Shown piece by piece: positions 52,701 through 64,000 of a DNA stretch of 64,000 bases. Under the pieces are notes generated by a model. That model made no database searches. It had not been told where the DNA came from and was given only the letters and a program-made list of their open reading frames with translations. Position 1 is the first letter of the stretch; each line of letters starts with the position of its first letter. A program made the translations under genes and the position numbers. The DNA comes from Eledone cirrhosa (lineage: Eukaryota): the NCBI GenBank assembly GCA_964016885.1, contig OZ024741.1, positions 5,766,001 through 5,830,000 of the forward strand, written 5' to 3'.

Positions 52701-55700
52701 TCACAGAATATTTCAGATGTGAAGGTCTTACTAACATGTCACCCCTAACACTAATTATCTCACAGAATATCTCAGATGTGAAGGTCTTACTAACATGTCA
52801 CCCCTAACACTAATTATCTCACAGAATATCTCAACTGTGAAGGTCTTACTAACATGTCACCCCTAACACTAATTATCTCACAGAATATCTCAGATGTGAA
52901 GGTCTTACTAACATGTCACCGCTACCACTAATTATCTCAGAGAATATCTCAGCTGTGAAGGTCTTACTAACATGTCACCCCTAACACTAATTATCTCACA
53001 GAATATCTCAACTGTGAAGGTCTTACTAACATCTCACCCCTAACACTAATTATCTCACAGGATATCTCAGATGTGAAGGTCTTACTAACATGTCACCCCT
53101 AACACTAATTACCTCACAGAATATCTCAGATGTGAAGGTCTTACTAACATGTCACCCCTAACACTAATTATCTCACAGAATATCTCAGCTGTGAAGGTCT
53201 TACTAACATGTCACCCCTAACACTAATTATCTCACAGAATATCTCAGATGTGAAGGTCTTACTAACATGTCACACCTAACACTAATTACATCGCAGAATA
53301 TCTCAATCGTGAAGGTCTTATTAACATGTCACCCCTAACACTAATTACCTCACACAATATCTCAGCTGTGAAGGTCTAATTAACATGTCACTCCTAACAC
53401 TAATTACCTCACAGAATATCTCAACTCTGAAGGTCTTACTAACATGTCACCCCTAACATTAATTACCTCACAGAATATCTCAGCTGTGAAGGTCTTACAA
53501 ACATGTCACCCCTAACACTGATTACCTCACACAATATCTCAGCTGTGAGGGTCTTACTAACATGTCACCCCTAACACTAATTATCTCACAGAATATCTCA
53601 ACTGTGAAGGTCTTACTAACATGTCACCCCTAACACTAATTATCTCACAGAATATCTCAGCTGTGAAGGTCTTACTAACATGTCACCCCTAACACTAATT
53701 ATCTCACAGAATATCTCAGATGTGAAGGTCTTACTAACATGTCACCCCTAACACTAATTATCTCACAGAATATCTCAACTGTGAAGGTCTTACTAACATG
53801 TCACCCCTAACACTAATTATCTCACAGAATATCTCAGATGTGAAGGTCTTACTAACATGTCACCGCTACCACTAATTATCTCAGAGAATATCTCAGCTGT
53901 GAAGGTCTTACTAACATGTCACCCCTAACACTAATTATCTCACAGAATATCTCAACTGTGAAGGTCTTACTAACATCTCACCCCTAACACTAATTATCTC
54001 ACAGGATATCTCAGATGTGAAGGTCTTACTAACATGTCACCCCTAACACTAATTATCTCACAGAATATCTCAGTTGTGAAGGTCTTACTAACATGTCACC
54101 CCTAACACTAATTACCTCACAGAATATCTCAGATGTGAAGGTCTTACTAACATGTCACCCCTAACACTAATTATCTCACAGAATATCTCAACTGTGAAGG
54201 TCTTACTAACATGTCACCCCTAACACTAATTATCTCACAGAATATCTCAGATGTGAATGTCTTACTAACATGTCACCCCTAACACTAATTATCTAACAGA
54301 ATATCTCAGCTGTGAAGGTCTTACTAACATGTCACCCCTAACACTAATTACCTCACAGAATATCTCAGATGTGAAGGTCTTACTAACATGTCACCCCTAA
54401 CACTAATTATCTCACAGAATATCTCAGATGTGAAGGTCTTACTAACATGTCACACCTAACACTAATTATCTCACAGAATATCTCAGATGTGAAGGTCTTA
54501 CTAACATGTCACCCCTAACACTAATTATCTCACAGAATATCTCAGATGTTAAGGTCTTACTAACATGTCACCCCTAACAATAATTACCTCACAGAATATC
54601 TCAGCTGTGAAGGTCTTACTAACATGTCACCCCTAACACTAATTATCTCACAGAATATCTCAGATGTGAAGGTCTTACTATCATGTCACACCTAACACTA
54701 ATTATCTCACAGAATATCTCAGATGTGAAGGTCTTACTAACATGTCACCCCTAACACTAATTATCTCACAGAATATCTCAGATGTGAAGGTCTTACTAAC
54801 ATGTCACCCCTAACACTAATTACCTCACAGAATATCTCAGCTGTGAAGGTCTTACTAACATGTCACCCATAACACTAATTATCTCACAGAATATCTCAGA
54901 TGTGAAGGTCTTACTAACATGTCACCCCTAACACTAATTATCTCACAGAATATCTCAACTGTGAAGGTCTTACTAACATGTCACCCCTAACACTAATTAT
55001 CTCACAGAATATCTCAGATGTGAAGGTCTTACTAACATGTCACCCCTAACACTAATTATCTCACAGAATATCTCAGATGTGAAGGTCTTACTAACATGTC
55101 ACCCCTAACACTAATTATCTCACAGAATATCTCAGCTGTGAAGGTCTTACTAACATGTCACCCCTAACACTAATTATCTCACAGAATATCTCAGATGTGA
55201 AGGTCTTACTAACATGTCACCCCTAACACTAATTATCTCACAGAATATCTCAGATGTGAAGGTCTTACTAACATGTCACCCCTAACACTAATTATCTCAC
55301 AGAATATCTCAGCTGTGAAGGTCTTACTAACATGTCACCCCTAACACTAATTATCTCACAGAATATCTCAGATGTGAAGGTCTTACTAACATGTCACCCC
55401 TAACACTAATTATCTCACAGAATATCTCAGATGTGAAGGTCTTACTAACATGTCACCCCTACCACTAATTATCTCACAGAATATCTCAGCTGTGAAGGTC
55501 TTACTAACATGTCACCCCTAACACTAATTATCTCACAGAATATCTCAACTGTGAAGGTCTTACTAACATGTCACCCCTAACACTAATTATCTCACAGGAT
55601 ATCTCAGATGTGAAGGTCTTACTAACATGTCACCCCTAACACTAATTATCTCACAGAATATCTCAGTTGTGAAGGTCTTACTAACATGTCACCCCTAACA

Positions 55701-58700
55701 CTAATTACCTCACAGAATATCTCAGATGTGAAGGTCTTACTAACATGTCACCCCTAACACTAATTATCTCACAGAATATCTCAACTGTGAAGGTCTTACT
55801 AACATGTCACCCCTAACACTAACTATCTCACAGAATATCTCAGATGTGAATGTCTTACTAACATGTCACCCCTAACACTAATTATCTCACAGAATATCTC
55901 AGCTGTGAAGGTCTTACTAACATGTCACCCCTAACACTAATTACCTCACAGAATATCTCAGCTGTGAAGGTCTTACTAACATGTCACCCCTAACACTAAT
56001 TATCTCACAGAATATCTCAGATGTGAAGGTCTTACTAACATGTCACACCTAACACTAATTACATCACAGAATATCTCAATCGTGAAGGTCTTATTAACAT
56101 GTCACCCCTAACACTAATTACCTCACACAATATCTCAGCTGTGAAGGTCTAATTAACATGTCACTCCTAACACTAATTACCTCACAGAATATCTCAACTC
56201 TGAAGGTCTTACTAACATGTCACCCCTAACATTAATTACCTCACAGAATATCTCAGCTGTGAAGGTCTTACAAACATGTCACCCCTAACACTGATTACCT
56301 CACACAATATCTCAGCTGTGAGGGTCTTACTAACATGTCACCCCTAACACTAATTATCTCACAGAATATCTCAACTGTGAAGGTCTTACTAACATGTCAC
56401 CCCTAACACTAATTATCTCACAGAATATCTCAGCTGTGAAGGTCTTACTAACATGTCACCCCTAACACTAATTATCTCACAGAATATCTCAGCTGTGAAG
56501 GTCTTACTAACATGTCACCCCTAACACTAATTATCTCACAGAATATCTCAACTGTGAAGGTCTTACTAACATGTCACCCCTAACACTAATTATCTCACAG
56601 AATATCTCAGATGTGAAGGTCTTACTAACATGTCACCGCTACCACTAATTATCTCACAGAATATCTCAGCTGTGAAGGTCTTACTAACATGTCACCCCTA
56701 ACACTAATTATCTCACAGAATATCTCAACTGTGAAGGTCTTACTAACATCTCACCCCTAACACTAATTATCTCACAGGATATCTCAGATGTGAAGGTCTT
56801 ACTAACATGTCACCCCTAACACTAATTATCTCACAGAATATCTCAGTTGTGAAGGTCTTACTAACATGTCACCCCTAACACTAATTACCTCACAGAATAT
56901 CTCAGATGTGAAGGTCTTACTAACATGTCACCCCTAACACTAATTATCTCACAGAATATCTCAACTGTGAAGGTCTTACTAACATGTCACCCCTAACACT
57001 AATTATCTCACAGAATATCTCAGATGTGAATGTCTTACTAACATGTCACCCCTAACACTAATTATCTAACAGAATATCTCAGCTGTGAAGGTCTTACTAA
57101 CATGTCACCCCTAACACTAATTATCTCACAGAATATCTCAGATGTGAAGGTCTTACTAACATGTCACCCCTAACACTAATTATCTCACAGAATATCTCAG
57201 ATGTGAAGGTCTTACTAACATGTCACCCCTAACACTAATTACCTCACAGAATATCTCAGATGTGAAGGTCTTACTAACATGTCACCCCTAACACTAATTA
57301 TCTCACAGAATATCTCAGATGTGAAGGTCTTACTAACATGTCACACCTAACACTAATTATCTCACAGAATATCTCAGATGTGAAGGTCTTACTAACATGT
57401 CACCCCTAACACTAATTATCTCACAGAATATCTCAGATGTGAAGGTCTTACTAACATGTCACCCCTAACACTAATTACCTCACAGAATATCTCAGCTGTG
57501 AAGGTCTTACTAACATGTCACCCCTAACACTAATTATCTCACAGAATATCTCAGATGTGAAGGTCTTACTAACATGTCACCCCTAACACTAATTATCTCA
57601 CAGAATATCTCAACTGTGAAGGTCTTACTAACATGTCACCCCTAACACTAATTATCTCACAGAATATCTCAGATGTGAAGGTCTTAATAACATGTCACCC
57701 CTAACACTAATTATCTCACAGGATATCTCAGATGTGAAGGTCTTAATAACATGTCACCCCTAACACTAATTATCTCACAGGATATCTCAGATGTGAAGGT
57801 CTTACTAACATGTCACCCCTAACACTAATTACCACACAGAATATCTCAGATGTGAAGGTCTTACTAACATGTCACCCCTAACACTAATTACCTCACAGAA
57901 TATCTCAGATGTGAAGGTCTTACTAACATGTCACCCCTAACACTAATTATCTCACAGAATATCTCAGATGTTAAGGTCTTACTAACATGTCACCCCTAAC
58001 ACTAATTATCTCACAGAATATCTCAGATGTGAAGGTCTTACTAACATGTCACACCTAACACTAATTATCTCACAGAATATCTCAGATGTGAAGGTCTTAC
58101 TAACATGTCACCCCTAACACTAATTATCTCACAGAATATCTTAATTGTGAAGGTCTTACTAACATGTCACCCCTAACACTAATTACCTCACAGAATATCT
58201 CAGCTGTGAAGGTCTTACTAACATGTCACCCATAACACTAATTATCTCACAGAATATCTCAGATGTGAAGGTCTTACTAACATGTCACCCCTAACACTAA
58301 TTATCTCACAGAATATCTCAACTGTGAAGGTCTTACTAACATGTCACCCCTAACACTAATTATCTCACAGAATATCTCAGATGTGAAGGTCTTACTAACA
58401 TGTCACCCCTAACACTAATTATCTCACAGAATATCTCAGATGTGAAGGTCTTACTAACCATTCACCCCTAACACTAATTATCTCACAGAATATCTTAGCT
58501 GTGAAGGTCTTACTAACATGTCACCGCTACCACTAATTATCTCACAGAATATCTCAGCTGTGAAGGTCTTACTAACATGTCACCCCTAACACTAATTATC
58601 TCACAGAATATCTCAACTGTGAAGGTCTTACTAACATGTCACCCCTAACACTAATTATCTCACAGGATATCTCAGATGTGAAGGTCTTACTAACATGTCA

Positions 58701-61700
58701 CCCCTAACACTAATTATCTCACAGAATATCTCAGTTGTGAAGGTCTTACTAACATGTCACCCCTAACACTAATTACCTCACAGAATATCTCAGATGTGAA
58801 GGTCTTACTAACATGTCACCCCTAACACTAATTATCTCACAGAATATCTCAACTGTGAAGGTCTTACTAACATGTCACCCCTAACACTAACTATCTCACA
58901 GAATATCTCAGATGTGAATGTCTTACTAACATGTCACCCCTAACACTAATTATCTCACAGAATATCTCAGATGTGAAGGTCTTACTAACATGTCACCCCT
59001 AACACTAATTATCTCACAGAATATCTCAACTGTGAAGGTCTTACTAACATGTCACCCCTAACACTAACTATCTCACAGAATATCTCAGATGTGAATGTCT
59101 TACTAACATGTCACCCCTAACACTAATTATCTCACAGAATATCTCAGCTGTGAAGGTCTTACTAACATGTCACCCCTAACACTAATTACCTCACAGAATA
59201 TCTCAGCTGTGAAGGTCTTACTAACATGTCACCCCTAACACTAATTATCTCACAGAATATCTCAGATGTGAAGGTCTTACTAACATGTCACACCTAACAC
59301 TAATTACATCACAGAATATCTCAATCGTGAAGGTCTTATTAACATGTCACCCCTAACACTAATTACCTCACACAATATCTCAGCTGTGAAGGTCTAATTA
59401 ACATGTCACTCCTAACACTAATTACCTCACAGAATATCTCAACTCTGAAGGTCTTACTAACATGTCACCCCTAACATTAATTACCTCACAGAATATCTCA
59501 GCTGTGAAGGTCTTACAAACATGTCACCCCTAACACTGATTACCTCACACAATATCTCAGCTGTGAGGGTCTTACTAACATGTCACCCCTAACACTAATT
59601 ATCTCACAGAATATCTCAACTGTGAAGGTCTTACTAACATGTCACCCCTAACACTAATTATCTCACAGAATATCTCAGCTGTGAAGGTCTTACTAACATG
59701 TCACCCCTAACACTAATTATCTCACAGAATATCTCAGATGTGAAGGTCTTACTAACATGTCACCCCTAACACTAATTATCTCACAGAATATCTCAACTGT
59801 GAAGGTCTTACTAACATGTCACCCCTAACACTAATTATCTCACAGAATATCTCAGATGTGAAGGTCTTACTAACATGTCACCGCTACCACTAATTATCTC
59901 ACAGAATATCTCAGCTGTGAAGGTCTTACTAACATGTCACCCCTAACACTAATTATCTCACAGAATATCTCAACTGTGAAGGTCTTACTAACATCTCACC
60001 CCTAACACTAATTATCTCACAGGATATCTCAGATGTGAAGGTCTTACTAACATGTCACCCCTAACACTAATTATCTCACAGAATATCTCAGTTGTGAAGG
60101 TCTTACTAACATGTCACCCCTAACACTAATTACCTCACAGAATATCTCAGATGTGAAGGTCTTACTAACATGTCACCCCTAACACTAATTATCTCACAGA
60201 ATATCTCAACTGTGAAGGTCTTACTAACATGTCACCCCTAACACTAATTATCTCACAGAATATCTCAGATGTGAATGTCTTACTAACATGTCACCCCTAA
60301 CACTAATTATCTAACAGAATATCTCAGCTGTGAAGGTCTTACTAACATGTCACCCCTAACACTAATTATCTCACAGAATATCTCAGATGTGAAGGTCTTA
60401 CTAACATGTCACCCCTAACACTAATTATCTCACAGAATATCTCAGATGTGAAGGTCTTACTAACATGTCACCCCTAACACTAATTACCTCACAGAATATC
60501 TCAGATGTGAAGGTCTTACTAACATGTCACCCCTAACACTAATTATCTCACAGAATATCTCAGATGTGAAGGTCTTACTAACATGTCACACCAAACACTA
60601 ATTATCTCACAGAATATCTCAGATGTGAAGGTCTTACTAACATGTCACCCCTAACACTAATTATCTCACAGAATATCTCAGATGTGAAGGTCTTACTAAC
60701 ATGTCACCCCTAACACTAATTACCTCACAGAATATTTCAGATGTGAAGGTCTTACTAACATGTCACCCCTAACACTAATTATCTCACAGAATATCTCAGA
60801 TGTGAAGGTCTTACTAACATGTCACACCTAACACTAATTATCTCACAGAATATCTCAGATGTGAAGGTCTTACTAACATGTCACCCCTAACACTAATTAT
60901 CTCACAGAATATCTCAGATGTGAAGGTCTTACTAACATGTCGCCCCTAACACTAATTACCTCACTGAATATCTCAGCTGTGAAGGTCTTACTAACATGTC
61001 ACCCCTAACACTAATTATCTCACAGAATATCTCAGGTGTGAAGGTCTTACTAACATGTCACCCCTAACACTAATTATCTCACAGAATATCTCAACTGTGA
61101 AGGTCTTACTAACATGTCACCCCCAACACTAATTATCTCACAGAATATATCAGATGTGAAGGTCTTACTAACATGTCACCGCTACCACTAATTATCTCAC
61201 AGAATATCTCAGCTGTGAAGGTCTTACTAACATGTCACCCCTAACACTAATTATCTCACAGAATATCTCAACTGTGAAGGTCTTACTAACATGTCACCCC
61301 TAACACTAATTATCTCACAGGATATCTCAGATGTGAAGGTCTTACTAACATGTCACCCCTAACACTAATTATCTCACAGAATATCTCAACTGTGAAGGTC
61401 TTACTAACATGTCACCCCTAACACTAATTATCTCACAGAATATCTCAGATGTGAATGTCTTACTAACATGTCACCCCTAACACTAATTACCTCACAGAAT
61501 ATCTCAGCTGTGAAGGTCATACTAACATGTCACCCCTAACACTAATTACCTCACAGAATATCTCAGCTGTGAAGGTCATACTAACATGTCACCCCTAACA
61601 CTAATTACCTCACAGAATATCTCAGCTGTGAAGGTCATACTAACATGTCACCCCTAACACTAATTACCTCACAGAATATCTCAGCTGTGAAGGTCTTACT

Positions 61701-64000
61701 AACATGTCACCCCTAACACTAATTATCACACAGAATATCTCAGATGTGAAGGTCTTACTAACATGTCACACCTAACACTAATTGTCTCACGGAATATCTC
61801 AGATGTGAAGGTCTTACTAACATGTCACCCCTAACACTAATTACCTCACAGAGTATCTTAGATGTGAAGGTCTTACTAACATGTCACCCCTAACATTAAT
61901 TACCTCACAGAATATCTCAACTGTGAAGGTCTTACTAACATGTCACCCCTAACACTAATTATCTCACAGAATATCTCAGCTGTGAAGGTCTTACTAACAT
62001 GTCACCCCTAACACTAATTATCTCACAGAATATCTCAGATGTGAAGGTCTTACTAACATGTCACCCCTAACACTAATTATCTCACAGAATATCTCAACTG
62101 TGAAGGTCTTACTAACATGTCACCCCTAACACTAATTATCTCACAGAATATCTCAGATGTGAAGGTCTTACTAACATGTCACCGCTACCACTAATTATCT
62201 CACAGAATATCTCAGCTGTGAAGGTCTTACTAACATGTCACCCCTAACACTAATTATCTCACAGAATATCTCAACTGTGAAGGTCTTACTAACATCTCAC
62301 CCCTAACACTAATTATCTCACAGGATATCTCAGATGTGAAGGTCTTACTAACATGTCACCCCTAACACTAATTATCTCACAGAATATCTCAGTTGTGAAG
62401 GTCTTACTAACATGTCACCCCTAACACTAATTACCTCACAGAATATCTCAGATGTGAAGGTCTTACTAACATGTCACCCCTAACACTAATTATCTCACAG
62501 AATATCTCAACTGTGAAGGTCTTACTAACATGTCACCCCTAACACTAATTATCTCACAGAATATCTCAGATGTGAATGTCTTACTAACATGTCACCCCTA
62601 ACACTAATTATCTAACAGAATATCTCAGCTGTGAAGGTCTTACTAACATGTCACCCCTAACACTAATTATCTCACAGAATATCTCAGATGTGAAGGTCTT
62701 ACTAACATGTCACCCCTAACACTAATTATCTCACAGAATATCTCAGATGTGAAGGTCTTACTAACATGTCACCCCTAACACTAATTACCTCACAGAATAT
62801 CTCAGATGTGAAGGTCTTACTAACATGTCACACCTAACACTAATTATCTCACAGAATATCTCAGATGTGAAGGTCTTACTAACATGTCACACCTAACACT
62901 AATTATCTCACAGAATATCTCAGATGTGAAGGTCTTACTAACATGTCACCCCTAACACTAATTATCTCACAGAATATCTCAGATGTGAAGGTCTTACTAA
63001 CATGTCACCCCTAACACTAATTACCTCACAGAATATTTCAGATGTGAAGGTCTTACTAACATGTCACCCCTAACACTAATTATCTCACAGAATATCTCAG
63101 ATGTGAAGGTCTTACTAACATGTCACACCTAACACTAATTATCTCACAGAATATCTCAGATGTGAAGGTCTTACTAACATGTCACCCCTAACACTAATTA
63201 TCTCACAGAATATCTCAGATGTGAAGGTCTTACTAACATGTCGCCCCTAACACTAATTACCTCACTGAATATCTCAGCTGTGAAGGTCTTACTAACATGT
63301 CACCCCTAACACTAATTATCTCACAGAATATCTCAACTGTGAAGGTCTTACTAACATGTCACCCCTAACACTAATTATCTCACAGAATATCTCAACTGTG
63401 AAGGTCTTACTAACATCTCACCCCTAACACTAATTATCTCACAGGATATCTCAGATGTGAAGGTCTTACTAACATGTCACCCCTAACACTAATTATCTCA
63501 CAGAATATCTCAGTTGTGAAGGTCTTACTAACATGTCACCCCTAACACTAATTACCTCACAGAATATCTCAGATGTGAAGGTCTTACTAACATGTCACCC
63601 CTAACACTAATTATCTCACAGAATATCTCAACTGTGAAGGTCTTACTAACATGTCACCCCTAACACTAATTATCTCACAGAATATCTCAGATGTGAATGT
63701 CTTACTAACATGTCACCCCTAACACTAATTATCTAACAGAATATCTCAGCTGTGAAGGTCTTACTAACATGTCACCCCTAACACTAATTATCTCACAGAA
63801 TATCTCAGATGTGAAGGTCTTACTAACATGTCACCCCTAACACTAATTATCTCACAGAATATCTCAGATGTGAAGGTCTTACTAACATGTCACCCCTAAC
63901 ACTAATTACCTCACAGAATATCTCAGATGTGAAGGTCTTACTAACATGTCACCCCTAACACTAATTATCTCACAGAATATCTCAGATGTGAAGGTCTTAC
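7765..64000. repeat. 59-bp tandem satellite, ~953 head-to-tail copies, continuing past the window end
   Basis: Consensus cccctaacactaattaYctcacagaatatctcagMtgtgaaggtcttactaacatgtca shifts 1 nt per 60-nt line. Occasional 60-bp (gtgaaagg) units and one 58-bp unit near 44720. No insertion or inversion seen. Confidence 0.99.

Noticed and set aside
7765-64000. CRISPR array interpretation of the satellite and minisatellites
   Set aside because: No unique spacers, whole units repeat, no cas genes, eukaryotic context.
7765-64000. Hammerhead ribozyme within the 59-bp or 64-bp monomers (as in newt or schistosome satellites)
   Set aside because: Neither strand has CUGANGA followed by a stem and GAAA; the 64-mer minus strand has only TGATGG...GAAAC.
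7765-64000. True telomeric tract or G-quadruplex array
   Set aside because: Only one perfect TTAGGG and one G-run per 59 bp; too sparse.
7765-64000. Nucleosome phasing (3 x 59 = 177 bp)
   Set aside because: Numerical coincidence only; no consistent 3-monomer periodicity of variants was seen.

Overview
AT-rich eukaryotic DNA with no recognisable complete gene. The interspersed repeats resemble those I recall from octopus/cephalopod genomes (from memory, not a search). Bases 1-7764 are a mosaic of (TGA)n-tailed and tRNA-headed SINE-like fragments, microsatellites, two minisatellites (64 bp x ~24; 50 bp x 14) and three inverted-repeat structures, one carrying a Penelope-type minimal hammerhead ribozyme motif. 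There are also three candidate small exons. Bases 7765-64000 are one uninterrupted head-to-tail 59-bp satellite (~953 copies, open at the right edge) with three variant domains and irregular higher-order repeats. The most notable unexplained pattern is that all three tandem arrays are built from splice-signal-like units (ACTAAY branch-point/STAR-protein motifs, YAG, AG|GT). Two of them tightly flank a candidate minus-strand exon. The motifs are directly visible; any function is a hypothesis. The supplied ORFs are judged spurious.
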